Positions 55,014 through 64,000 of a stretch of 64,000 nt of DNA are shown piece by piece. Below the pieces are notes generated by a model. The model was not told the DNA's origin. It saw nothing but the letters and a program-made list of their open reading frames with translations, and did no database searches. Source of the DNA: a virus (Duplodnaviria; Caudoviricetes). The number at the start of each line of letters is the position of its first letter. Within the stretch, counting starts at the first letter, position 1. Made by a program: the position numbers and the translations under genes. Location of the stretch: IMG/VR virus record IMGVR_UViG_3300028615_000023, positions 554 through 64,553 of that record; one strand, given 5' to 3'.

Positions 55014-56069
55014 TTATAACCTATATCCAAACCTAGTTAAATCTGTTCTAACTGAACCATAAATCTGTCCTGTAATATTCATAGTTATTCCATCCGCAGC
55101 CTCTACTAATTGTAGATCAGACTCCAGAAATAGTACTTCGTTATATTCTCTAAACACCCTATTTGCAGGAGTATCAGGGAATATATCCCACCTCATTTGC
55201 ACTGCGATTGTTTTCTTATCTGGGTCAGTAAATGCAGGAGCACTTACTAAGTTACCAGACAAACCGGCTTTCATTTGAGAATCAGTTTTAGTACTAATTC
55301 CTGTTTTTACCCACGTTCCATCTGTTGCAGCATTGTTAGGATTACCACATAACAATGCTTCTCTAAGAGCACTTCGATTAGTTACTGAATCAATTAAACA
55401 TGACCACGTTATAGCGGATGGTTCCAAAATAGGATCATCAAGACCTTGAATGTAACTTAAATTATCATCTAAGGAACCTCTATTCATCCTAGGAAGTTCT
55501 TCAGGACGACCTCTACCTTCCGGCGCATTAAGGTCCATTTGACAAAAGATAACTTCAAAATATTGACCGCTACTAGGTTCTATCAATTCAGCAACTGGAT
55601 CGGTAGCTACAGTATTTGTAGTTCTAAATCTAACATAATAAAGCGTAGTACCTGTAGTCGGTGGATCATTCTTTGCCCAATTGCTAGGAACATCGAATTC
55701 GATAGTTCCATCTTGTTGCATAGTATTTCCACCAGATGCGGTTCCATCTAATAAATTACTAACAGCAACCCAAGAACTTCCATTCCAGTACTCACAAATT
55801 AATGCCCCACCATCAGCACTAGCAAATGAATCTAGATCAATAGTAATTTTTGAAAACTTAAAAATCTGACCAACATAAACATAATCATTAACATCTTCGA
55901 GTACAGCTTGAGTACTCCCACTAGCACTTAACATAGCTGCTGTTATGTCAGAGTGAGACACATTAAATTCAGAAATATGAACTTCCTTAGGTCCACTCTG
56001 ACTAAGATCACGTCCCTTCGTACTATCGAAGAGTCTTAATATTCCATTTTTTCCGTAGTAAATAGACAT
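55014..56069 (-). CDS. tail tube-like protein, paralogue 2, with inserted beta domain
   Basis: Same N- and C-terminal motifs plus a ~140-aa insert (EYWNGSSW...LYYVRF). Confidence 0.6.
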   Translation of the reverse strand: MSIYYGKNGILRLFDSTKGRDLSQSGPKEVHISEFNVSHSDITAAMLSASGSTQAVLEDVNDYVYVGQIFKFSKITIDLDSFASADGGALICEYWNGSSWVAVSNLLDGTASGGNTMQQDGTIEFDVPSNWAKNDPPTTGTTLYYVRFRTTNTVATDPVAELIEPSSGQYFEVIFCQMDLNAPEGRGRPEELPRMNRGSLDDNLSYIQGLDDPILEPSAITWSCLIDSVTNRSALREALLCGNPNNAATDGTWVKTGISTKTDSQMKAGLSGNLVSAPAFTDPDKKTIAVQMRWDIFPDTPANRVFREYNEVLFLESDLQLVEAADGITMNITGQIYGSVRTDLTRFGYRL

Positions 56070-56269
56070 TACAATCCTCTGGATGCAATGACCTTAGTTA
56101 AGTCAAACGATTGTTCTTCAGTAAATCCTTCCTCCACAAGAGCTTCATAAAGTTGTCTTAGCTGAACAGCCGCCGGTAAAATACTTTCGGCGTACTTATC
56201 ATTCAACGTTACTCTTATACGCTCTATCTGTTCATGTTCTCTAGGAGTTAAGTCTTCACGTTCTTCCAT
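56069..56269 (-). CDS. small hypothetical protein
   Basis: YEALVEEGFTEEQSFDL motif common in phages. Confidence 0.55.
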   Translation of the reverse strand: MEEREDLTPREHEQIERIRVTLNDKYAESILPAAVQLRQLYEALVEEGFTEEQSFDLTKVIASRGL

Positions 56270-56294
56270 TTCAAATCTTTCCTTAAGATAATTA

Positions 56295-56480
56295 TTAAGT
56301 ATCTATCTCCTCTAGTTTCTTTAGGAGAACCTCAACAGCTAATCTTTTTTGAGTACTTAGTTTTTTAATAACAATCTCTTGCTCAGAAATCACCCTTTTA
56401 AGGTGTGCATTTTCAGCACATAAATCATCGTGCTGACAGTGCTTAAAACAAGTATTACTATGTTTTTTCTTTGCAGCCAT
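56295..56480 (-). CDS. small coiled-coil protein
   Basis: ORF track. Confidence 0.45.
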   Translation of the reverse strand: MAAKKKHSNTCFKHCQHDDLCAENAHLKRVISEQEIVIKKLSTQKRLAVEVLLKKLEEIDT

Positions 56481-56485
56481 GTTGT

Positions 56486-56995
56486 TTAACTAGGAAGTGA
56501 TACAGTTCCAGGTGGCTCAAATTTTTCCTCATAGAATCCATCAACAGTGAAGTTATAAAGATATAAACTCTTATTTTCATCTTCACCTAAGTTACGTTCA
56601 TCTAAATCAAAGCAAACAAATTTACCTATTTGATTCCCTCCACCCCCAGCCGTAGTATCTACAATAGGTATCTCTGTAGTCTCTTTAAACAATTCATGTA
56701 ATACATCTCTAATTTCAGTTATTATGTATGGATTGCTTCCTTCAGCAGCTACTTTCTTAGCATTAATATTAATGTTCAACCAATACGAAACTATCGCACC
56801 TATTCTATTAGGTCCCATTTGTCTAGCAAACTGTCTATTACGAACTAATAAAGTTGGTGTTATCCACGCATCATTATTCTTCTCTTCAAATGGTATACGG
56901 GTCCACTGAATTGCAGTTAATGAATAGTTATTATTCAAGTATGCAAACAATGAACCTCGAACGTTCTCCATTCTCTGTTCATGCTGAATAGCCAC
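56486..56995 (-). CDS. putative tail terminator protein
   Basis: Synteny between the gp10-like and tube genes. Confidence 0.5.
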   Translation of the reverse strand: MAIQHEQRMENVRGSLFAYLNNNYSLTAIQWTRIPFEEKNNDAWITPTLLVRNRQFARQMGPNRIGAIVSYWLNININAKKVAAEGSNPYIITEIRDVLHELFKETTEIPIVDTTAGGGGNQIGKFVCFDLDERNLGEDENKSLYLYNFTVDGFYEEKFEPPGTVSLPS

Positions 56996-56996
56996 T

Positions 56997-57494
56997 TTAT
57001 AGTACCTTCCTCAACGCTTCTCTTTGTCTTCTAAACCTAGTTTGCTGACTGGCCTTTTTCCATCCTTTAGTTAATGACTTTCTTAATGAAGCAGTTAATG
57101 CCTTATTCTGTCGTATCTCTGCCATGCTAATTCGCACCATACCTAAAGGCGATCTTGCACTGCTACCAAACTCTAGAAACCTTACATATTCAACATTATT
57201 TTGCATTCTGACAATATACTTATCTAAATTAGTAATAATATGATGTTCAGAATCTTCTCTTTTACTTTCCTGTGTTATCGGAATACTTAAACCTAATTCC
57301 TTACCACTAGCTTTCCATCCTGCTCTTGCTCTTCCAGTCTTAACGGGCATACGTCGAACAATTCGACGCAATAAGTCCAATGCTATCTTATTAATTGCCG
57401 TAGGAACATCCGCTCTCGTAGCAACTATGAATACATTAACAGCCCTATTGAACTGCGTTGTATTCCATAACATTGATACTTTATCAGTTGCCAT
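56997..57494 (-). CDS. HK97 gp10-like neck/tail completion protein
   Basis: PVKTGRARAGW...NNVEYVRFLEFGSS...P.GMVR. Confidence 0.8.
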   Translation of the reverse strand: MATDKVSMLWNTTQFNRAVNVFIVATRADVPTAINKIALDLLRRIVRRMPVKTGRARAGWKASGKELGLSIPITQESKREDSEHHIITNLDKYIVRMQNNVEYVRFLEFGSSARSPLGMVRISMAEIRQNKALTASLRKSLTKGWKKASQQTRFRRQREALRKVL

Positions 57495-57912
57495 GATGCG
57501 TATCTATTTCCTCGCTAAGAATATCTATTTCACGTTCAAACCTAACCGCAACATTTTGTATATCTTTAGACAATGTTGAAGTATACCCATCTAATAATAA
57601 TTGTATCTGCTCAGCGGTTAATGTTAATTCTCTAATCCTAGCATCACAAATTTCATTTATTTCAGCTCTATTAAATTGACTGCTTTTTAGATCAGCAATA
57701 TTAACTCGAATTGAACTTACATCCCTTCCAATAACAGCTACCGCATCAGCCATCATATTAAGATAAAAAGTCAATCCTATTGAAAGTACTAAACCGAAGC
57801 CACCTATGGCCCACGTAAGAAACTTATTATTTCTTCTTAAGGTTTCAACTTCTGCAACACTCTTTAGTAATTCTTCCTTTCTCTTCTGTTCTATTTGTTC
57901 CATCTTAGACAC
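57484..57912 (-). CDS. single-TM coiled-coil protein
   Basis: FLTWAIGGFGLVLSIGLTFYL. Confidence 0.55.
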   Translation of the reverse strand: MSKMEQIEQKRKEELLKSVAEVETLRRNNKFLTWAIGGFGLVLSIGLTFYLNMMADAVAVIGRDVSSIRVNIADLKSSQFNRAEINEICDARIRELTLTAEQIQLLLDGYTSTLSKDIQNVAVRFEREIDILSEEIDTHHGN

Positions 57913-58543
57913 CTGCTCTCCTTATGCTAATTCGAGCCGACGCTTCGATAGGATCTACAAGGCGATCAACTATTTCATATTCCCTATAGATCACAAAACT
58001 CTTAGCATCTATGTTGCTGGCTACATTAGTTGTTAGCACTAGGGCAGCATTGCCATTGTCGGCTGACACAGTTTTAATAGAGTAATCGGTAGAGTCAATT
58101 CTTAATATATCTCCACCTAAGACACCATCCTCAATGAATTGTGTTGCTAAGCCTAAAACATTAGCACTGCCTGAACTTATAGTAATAGTGCCATGCGATG
58201 TTATTTCCTCTAGGACTCTATCATTAGGATTAAGTTGAAAGTTTAATCTCTTCGGATCAAACATCAACCAATAATCACCGACCGCTAATTTAGCACCTAC
58301 TCTTGTGGTTTGAGTTTCCTGACCTACTAACTTTTCTTCCGCAGTGAACGTTCCTCGAACAGCATCAATAGGAATCTCAACCCACGTATTAGAAGCAGTG
58401 CCCGCCAATGGATCAAACGAATTACTAACATACCTCCTGTAAATGTAGTTATAAAGTCTCAAGCTATCATGCTCCATAAGAAGACGAGATTTCTCTCGTA
58501 TCCTACCTAAGCGTTCAGGAGATAATATTCGATCAAAGTTCAT
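57905..58543 (-). CDS. putative head closure protein with inserted fibre-like domain
   Basis: FDPLAGT...GD...D; insert GTITISSGSANVLG..TQF...GD. Confidence 0.5.
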   Translation of the reverse strand: MNFDRILSPERLGRIREKSRLLMEHDSLRLYNYIYRRYVSNSFDPLAGTASNTWVEIPIDAVRGTFTAEEKLVGQETQTTRVGAKLAVGDYWLMFDPKRLNFQLNPNDRVLEEITSHGTITISSGSANVLGLATQFIEDGVLGGDILRIDSTDYSIKTVSADNGNAALVLTTNVASNIDAKSFVIYREYEIVDRLVDPIEASARISIRRAGV

Positions 58544-58845
58544 TACTCGTTCTCTTCGCCAATATCGTCTGCTTCAGTATCACCAGTATTAAAAATATCT
58601 CTATATAATTGATTACAGTATCCGCTAATATCATACCACGTAGGCACTGTAGCATGAACAAACTCTTTTTCACCACTAACATCACAATTAAGTTTTACTA
58701 GTTTATAAATAGGGCCAGAAGCTTCTACAACAGACTCAGTAATAGCTTGAAGCTCATCGACCTCCTTCTTCAATTCTTTTAAAGAAGTACCACTAACAAA
58801 TGAAAAACTAATAAACACAAAAATAGTAATTAACAAACTTTTCAT
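58543..58845 (-). CDS. putative secreted protein
   Basis: MKSLLITIFVFISFSFVSG signal peptide. Confidence 0.5.
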   Translation of the reverse strand: MKSLLITIFVFISFSFVSGTSLKELKKEVDELQAITESVVEASGPIYKLVKLNCDVSGEKEFVHATVPTWYDISGYCNQLYRDIFNTGDTEADDIGEENE

Positions 58846-58862
58846 TTTTCTTCTCCTTCTTC

Positions 58863-59264
58863 TTAGCAATCTAAATCATCCCAATAATGAGAATCATCAT
58901 GAGCATTATGAAGTATATCATACTCCATATAGTCAATAGACTCGAACGGACCTTCATCAATCTTATCTGCCTGTTCCCTGAGCATACTTGCACGATTCTT
59001 AAAATACTCAGGAACTTTTTGAGCATCAATTGATAATTCAGTTGCTAATCTAAATCTTATTGCATCCGGTGCTTCACGAGTGCCGATAATATCACAAGCT
59101 TCAGCAGCGGCCCTCATAACAGAACCAAACATATTAACAAGACCGACTAATTCTTCATCTTGAAAAATAGCAGGAGGATTATATTGATTATCAGGACGGT
59201 CAGGAATTAAGAGCCGTACCTTATCCTTATCGGATGATACCGCTTCATTATAGGTATAAGACAT
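58863..59264 (-). CDS. head-tail adaptor
   Basis: DKVRLLIPD...FQDEEL...RAAAEAC; follows the major capsid gene. Confidence 0.7.
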   Translation of the reverse strand: MSYTYNEAVSSDKDKVRLLIPDRPDNQYNPPAIFQDEELVGLVNMFGSVMRAAAEACDIIGTREAPDAIRFRLATELSIDAQKVPEYFKNRASMLREQADKIDEGPFESIDYMEYDILHNAHDDSHYWDDLDC

Positions 59265-59281
59265 TATTAGCTCCTTATCTT

Positions 59282-59313
59282 AAAGTAAGGGGAGCACGAT
59301 GGCTCCCCTTACT
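59282..59313 (-). terminator. terminator after the major capsid gene
   Basis: AGTAAGGGGAGC...GCTCCCCTTACT then TT. Confidence 0.7.
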
Positions 59314-59334
59314 AATTAATAAGATCAAGTGAGC

Positions 59335-60522
59335 TTAGGAGCCTTTGACCTTCATAACGAGCCTATGGTCAGCAGAGAAGATGCCGCCAAGGTAGCGCAC
59401 CTTAAACCTAGCAACTAGGTCAGCAGCGAACGCAGACTCGGAATTAGCATCCTGCCTGAAAACCTGAATAGGCCAAATTTCCTGCCAGAAGAATTGACGG
59501 CTAAATTCTCCAAGATACCAGTCCGCATCCGCTCCAGTAATACCAGAGCGCGGAATGTAAGGAGAACTAAGAACCGTAAATCTACGAGCCATCGGGTTAT
59601 TAAATACAGTCCTCTGATTAGTCGCAGTAGACTCAACAGTGGTAGCATTAACAATCCGCATACCAGTACCTTCCAATGCCGGAGGCACTAGTAAGATATT
59701 AGGATTCCACAAAATAGGTTCATTGTCTCCAATTTGCCTATCAGTGCTAACTTCCTCAGCATGATACTGAAGAACTTCCTGAAGGTCAGTCCAGTCTTCA
59801 AGTGCAATAGCAGTGGTCCATCCAGCCGGACTAGTACCATCTCCAATTAAGTTCTTATGTCCAGTATCGCCGGAGTAAAGAGCCGTAGGAACACCGCTAG
59901 GACGGTACACATTAGAGTTAAGATCAATTACCCCGTGGATAATAGTTTTTTCTCGCTCTTGTGCTGCTGCTTCACCAATACGCTGAGCGCGAACAAGTAA
60001 CTGGCCGGTCTGATCTTCCATGATAGCTTCTTCAGAGATGCTAATGATACGTCCCTTTTTGATAGCTTCGGTCGTTACGTACTTGTCCTCAATTCCGCTA
60101 TCGAGATAAGCTTCCGATTCCTTAACTTCCAGCAAACCAGCTACGCTAGTAAAACCGGCTACATTCTCTAACCTGCGAGTACTATTCATAGTACTAACAA
60201 GTTGATCACCAATACCGCGTTGCATGTTGTAGCCTTCAATTACTCGATTAGCGAGGAGTAACTTAGTAACTGCAACAAACGAGCTAGTATTAACTTCCTC
60301 ACGCATATCTACATAAAGCGCACTTGCTCGCTTACTAGGAAGTGTTTCCTCAACTGGTCCGACAAGGCCCTCCCACAATGCACGGAGACTAAACTCAGAA
60401 TCTTTCATCTTAAGTTCAGTTCCGTTAGGGAGTTTGTCACCTTCAAGTACATCACAAACTAGTTGCACGAACTGGCGCGGTCCATACTCTTCCTGTAGTC
60501 TTCGAATATCGTCACGTCTCAT
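59335..60522 (-). CDS. major capsid protein (Mu gpT-like HK97 fold)
   Basis: KKGRIISISEEAIMEDQTG, P.ILLVPPALE, FKVRY.GG...DHR. Confidence 0.85.
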   Translation of the reverse strand: MRRDDIRRLQEEYGPRQFVQLVCDVLEGDKLPNGTELKMKDSEFSLRALWEGLVGPVEETLPSKRASALYVDMREEVNTSSFVAVTKLLLANRVIEGYNMQRGIGDQLVSTMNSTRRLENVAGFTSVAGLLEVKESEAYLDSGIEDKYVTTEAIKKGRIISISEEAIMEDQTGQLLVRAQRIGEAAAQEREKTIIHGVIDLNSNVYRPSGVPTALYSGDTGHKNLIGDGTSPAGWTTAIALEDWTDLQEVLQYHAEEVSTDRQIGDNEPILWNPNILLVPPALEGTGMRIVNATTVESTATNQRTVFNNPMARRFTVLSSPYIPRSGITGADADWYLGEFSRQFFWQEIWPIQVFRQDANSESAFAADLVARFKVRYLGGIFSADHRLVMKVKGS

Positions 60523-60555
60523 TTTATTAACTTAACCTCCTTCCTTAAAAATTAA

Positions 60556-61056
60556 TTAGTCAGCCGTAGGAGCCGAAGCATTATAACGGCCAACAAAATG
60601 CACGAGCATATTAGTTGCGCCCGTAACGGCCCTTCGTGCAACGGTGCCAATTGGATTAGTAGATCCAGGAATAACCTTCTGATCATCCGCAGTAGCAGTG
60701 CTTCCGTTATCAGTTGCATTAACTTCAACCTGAGAACCAACCTCAGCCGCAGAACCTAATGCATCACAATCCATCTGTGCAATACAATCCGTAGCAACTA
60801 AGATTTCTTGATCAACGGGATCGGTAGACCTACGACCGGTAATAGCAACACCAGCAAAAATATCTGCTACCTGATCTTGAACGTTAGTAATACGATCATT
60901 AGCTGTAGCACCTGCAGCATCAGTCTCAACACCGGCTGGAGACATACGTTCAGATTTAAGAACTAACAAATCACCGGGATCAATATCTAATGCATCGGTA
61001 GCTAGCCAACGTCTTTCGCGAACTTTTTCAACTACAACTCTTCCAGTTCTCGCCAC
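60556..61056 (-). CDS. capsid decoration/cement protein
   Basis: IDPGDLL...FAGVA...PIGTV; lies between the protease and capsid genes. Confidence 0.65.
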   Translation of the reverse strand: MARTGRVVVEKVRERRWLATDALDIDPGDLLVLKSERMSPAGVETDAAGATANDRITNVQDQVADIFAGVAITGRRSTDPVDQEILVATDCIAQMDCDALGSAAEVGSQVEVNATDNGSTATADDQKVIPGSTNPIGTVARRAVTGATNMLVHFVGRYNASAPTAD

Positions 61057-61086
61057 TTTTAGTTTCCTCCTTTCTTAATAACTCGA

Positions 61087-62985
61087 TTAGCTACGAAGAG
61101 AACGAATCGCATTAGCCTTAGCTTCAGCCGTCATTTCCTTATGTCCGTTTCCATCTCTCTGGCCTTCACTAAGATCACCACGAAGCGTACTAGCGGGCTT
61201 GTCACCATCACTCTTAGCAGCGTCAGCAGATGCTTGAGCCGCTTCTTCGAACTTCTTAATAACAGCCTTTTTCTCTTCCGTAGTTTTACCCTTTAGCATC
61301 GACTTAATGTCTTCGTCATTCTTAAAGCTATCAGGCAATTTCGATTCATTAAGAAGTGTGGCGATTTCACCTTCCTCCTTACGTGCCTGTTCAGCAATAT
61401 CACGCTCCTTAACAGTCTGCTTCAGAGTCTCATTCTCTTCCTTAAGAGTCTTGACCTGATTTTGCATATCTGCCCATTCCTGATTCTTCTTGAATTCCTC
61501 AGTGAACTCATCACGGAGAGACTTCATAAGTTCAGAATCTTTCTTAACTTCCGAAAGCTGAATTCTATCCATTACTTTATTACCTCCTTTATTATTATCT
61601 TTCTTATCGTTCTTATTGTTATCGTCGATGGTTTTATGTTCATTATCCCAAATCTTATGCTCAAACAGTCCATGCGTAGTAGCTGGCTCTGAAACAATAT
61701 CGACGCTTCGAACCGCTACTATCTCTTCGACTACATCAATACCTCCTTCTTTCTTAATACGACCACTAGCAACGATGCTGTTACCAATGATCGACGGATT
61801 AGACCTTATAGTAGGTAAGATATGCTCCTCTACAATAGATTTACCTTTTATTAAATGGAGATTCGAATAGGTCATATTTTCTTTAACATAAACATCAGAA
61901 TGATAACCTATTAACTCCTGAACAGTCCTAGGGTCTCCCGACTCAGCTTCTTTAGCATGATTAGCATAAGCACGAACGCCCTCGATCTTAGTAACAGCAG
62001 CCTCTTGAACCTGTACCGGATATTGTCTCCCATTAAGAGAAACGGGACCTAACACTGCTACATTCTCAACAATATACTCAGTAGGCTGTTCGTTAATAAC
62101 AGCCTCCTTCATAGCAGAGTCGAATCCTTCATAAAGAGGCTTAATAGGAATCGCCGGTTTAATGCCCTTCAATGAATTATTATTTCCCTCAGTAACCATA
62201 TCGTCATCATCTAAATTATCTTGATCTTCATCAGCCGCTTCAAAAGTATCTTGATCTAAAATAGTTCCCTCTGCTGAAATAATATTATCATTACTAGGGT
62301 CCTCACCAACCGGAACAAATACAGGCCGTACAGTAACGGGAGTTCCTAATGTAGCTTTGAAAACGTTATCAGACACTTCAAGCATGAATGGAACAAAAAG
62401 ATACATTGGATCATTTTCGTTATGATTAAAACTTCGTCGTAGTATTGCCCGATCTAACCATAACTTATGAATAACGTACCTAGGAAAATCATCATTTGGA
62501 TCATCAGAAGGGAAGGCTTCCTTAACAGCAGCCCATACAGTATCGTGTATCTCTTCAAAAGTATAATCACTTACAGATGTAACTTCCTCGATCTTAATAT
62601 CTTCAGCTACATCGAAAGTAATTTCGGACTCTGTTTGGTCGCCTTCCTTAACGGGGAATCCATGCTGTTTCAGATACTCTTGAGCCTCTTCAGTATTAAA
62701 ACGATCACGATCAAACGTAATAGACTTAATAAGAGTATCCTCGCCGGATTTAACAAGATTAACACGTATACCGGCACTAATCTTAGTACCTTGTCTACGT
62801 GAATAATGCTTAGCTCCCTTCATGCTCTTAAACATCTGAACACGTTTTTCGTCTTTCTTAATAACGTCTGCCTTACTCTTTCGCACTGGCCCCAATGGTT
62901 TGTTCTTGCTTTTAGAAAAGAGCCGAAAACCTCCAGGCACTTTCCTTACTATCTCATTGATGCCAACTACCGTTATACCATCCAT
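61087..62985 (-). CDS. prohead protease-scaffold fusion with extra N-terminal domains
   Basis: VAVLGPVSLNGRQYP, ANH, IGNSIVASG, RSVDIVSEPATT.GLFE; C-terminal coiled coil. Confidence 0.8.
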   Translation of the reverse strand: MDGITVVGINEIVRKVPGGFRLFSKSKNKPLGPVRKSKADVIKKDEKRVQMFKSMKGAKHYSRRQGTKISAGIRVNLVKSGEDTLIKSITFDRDRFNTEEAQEYLKQHGFPVKEGDQTESEITFDVAEDIKIEEVTSVSDYTFEEIHDTVWAAVKEAFPSDDPNDDFPRYVIHKLWLDRAILRRSFNHNENDPMYLFVPFMLEVSDNVFKATLGTPVTVRPVFVPVGEDPSNDNIISAEGTILDQDTFEAADEDQDNLDDDDMVTEGNNNSLKGIKPAIPIKPLYEGFDSAMKEAVINEQPTEYIVENVAVLGPVSLNGRQYPVQVQEAAVTKIEGVRAYANHAKEAESGDPRTVQELIGYHSDVYVKENMTYSNLHLIKGKSIVEEHILPTIRSNPSIIGNSIVASGRIKKEGGIDVVEEIVAVRSVDIVSEPATTHGLFEHKIWDNEHKTIDDNNKNDKKDNNKGGNKVMDRIQLSEVKKDSELMKSLRDEFTEEFKKNQEWADMQNQVKTLKEENETLKQTVKERDIAEQARKEEGEIATLLNESKLPDSFKNDEDIKSMLKGKTTEEKKAVIKKFEEAAQASADAAKSDGDKPASTLRGDLSEGQRDGNGHKEMTAEAKANAIRSLRS

Positions 62986-63113
62986 TTATTAACCCCTTCA
63001 TTTATTAAGTAGGGACTTCAACCTAATAAGTCAAAGTCCCTACCGTAACACGTTGCTGGCGAGGCAACGGACCAAGTAAAGGAGAGATAATGAACTGCTT
63101 GCCATCGAAGTTT

Positions 63114-63141
63114 ATTATATATGTAAAACTAATATTATCAA
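63114..63141 (-). promoter_or_regulatory. sigma70-like promoter for head genes
   Basis: TTGATA-16 nt-TATAAT just after a terminator. Confidence 0.5.
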
Positions 63142-63156
63142 CCTTAAATTAGGTAC

Positions 63157-63190
63157 AAAAAAAGGAGCTTACGAAAGTGTAAGCTCCTTC
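63157..63190 (-). terminator. terminator
   Basis: AAGGAGCTTAC...GTAAGCTCCTT followed by a T run. Confidence 0.8.
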
Positions 63191-63221
63191 TGTCACTTCT
63201 CAATTTAACTAAATAGTCTAG

Positions 63222-63482
63222 TTAAGTAGTTTCTTCTATTCTAGACCTAAAAACAGCATCTAATAGCCTTTTTTCGGGGTTTCTACACCTATTATTCCTA
63301 TTGATTGAAGACATAGTATCTCTAACCATTCTAGCTATATTAACATCATCCATTAATATCGAGACTGCATTAAGCGGGGTCTGACCGATAGCTTCTTTTC
63401 CATTGTAGATATTATTTCTAGTACATTTAAACTTAGCTTTCCAATTGCCATCACTCTGTTCTACAATTTCAAATCGTCTCAT
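63222..63482 (-). CDS. hypothetical protein
   Basis: ORF track; RBS present. Confidence 0.55.
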   Translation of the reverse strand: MRRFEIVEQSDGNWKAKFKCTRNNIYNGKEAIGQTPLNAVSILMDDVNIARMVRDTMSSINRNNRCRNPEKRLLDAVFRSRIEETT

Positions 63483-63485
63483 TTA

Positions 63486-63903
63486 TTAACTTTCTCCTCC
63501 TCCGGTTGCTGATACAAGATAGGTTAATCTAGCTCTGACAATACCTTCCATATTTTGTGCCACCTGATTCCGCTCACCTACGTTCTCTATTCTAGCTAAT
63601 GTCAAACTGCCAACGTGAAAAGAACTCATCCAGTAATCTACTAAGAGCCCCCATAAGTGTAGAAATAACTTCTTCGTTACGATCTTCCTGATCAAGTGCA
63701 GCTTCCAACAAAGTATATAGTTCATTGTACAAATCAATTAAGACGTTCTTAGCTTCATCCTCATCATCAGTAAATAGATCAGAATCTAATACCCTATCTG
63801 CTAGGATAGGTGTATCATTTTCAAAGTCTACTGTTTTTATAGTTTTCAGCACCGCTACTAAATCGGATGCCGTCATCACTTCAAAACCTTCAACATTAAT
63901 CAT
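63486..63903 (-). CDS. acidic hypothetical protein, apparently split by a +1 frameshift near 63620
   Basis: ORFs 63592-63903 and 63486-63737 join if one T is removed from TTCTTTTCAC. Confidence 0.45.
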
Positions 63904-64000
63904 TATTATCTCTCCACTAACAAGTGAGCAAACTTTCTACCATTGATCGTTGTTCTGTATGTAAAGTTACTTAATGCTAAGTTACCAAGACGACCGTCCT

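Noticed and set aside
54105-58845. Holin/spanin assignment for the TM proteins in the neck region
   Set aside because: No endolysin is adjacent and no lipobox is evident, so they are left as membrane or secreted proteins.
831-63946. Plus-strand ORFs in the track (e.g. 15852-16289, 29790-30017, 53403-53981)
   Set aside because: Almost all are antisense shadows of well-supported minus-strand genes, with no RBS or recognisable motifs.
1-64000. Genome-wide stop-codon reassignment (code 4, 25 or 15)
   Set aside because: Long conserved genes are intact in code 11. TGA and TAG end many genes at sensible positions, including ATGA overlaps. Only two in-frame TGAs were found.

Overview
The window is 64 kb of a large, AT-rich tailed-phage genome (siphovirus-type tail), with essentially every real gene on the minus strand. 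Read in the direction of transcription (right to left), it contains: head genes (protease/scaffold, decoration protein, major capsid protein); neck, two paralogous tail-tube-like genes, a LamG/ETD-repeat fibre, chaperones, tape measure, tail tip and fibres; an SF2 helicase, a DnaB-like helicase and a primase; a 1.2 kb non-coding interval; about 20 kb of small accessory genes; a Ycf46-like AAA ATPase cluster, NADAR, a sigma-like factor and a nucleotidyltransferase; and finally a UDG-fused family A DNA polymerase, a UvsY-like gene and a gp32-like SSB. The five most unusual signals are: (1) two small genes, broken or missed in the ORF track, each interrupted by a single in-frame UGA followed at SECIS-like spacing by a hairpin with GU in the loop (candidate phage selenoproteins or programmed UGA readthrough); (2) a densely structured ~900 nt leader RNA behind a consensus sigma70 promoter; (3) an oriented CTATCGGG-core motif repeated at the boundaries of the genes downstream of that leader; (4) a cluster of five C(GNA)G triloop hairpins; (5) a phage-specific promoter motif. 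All product calls come from motif recognition by eye. No database searches or folding programs were run.
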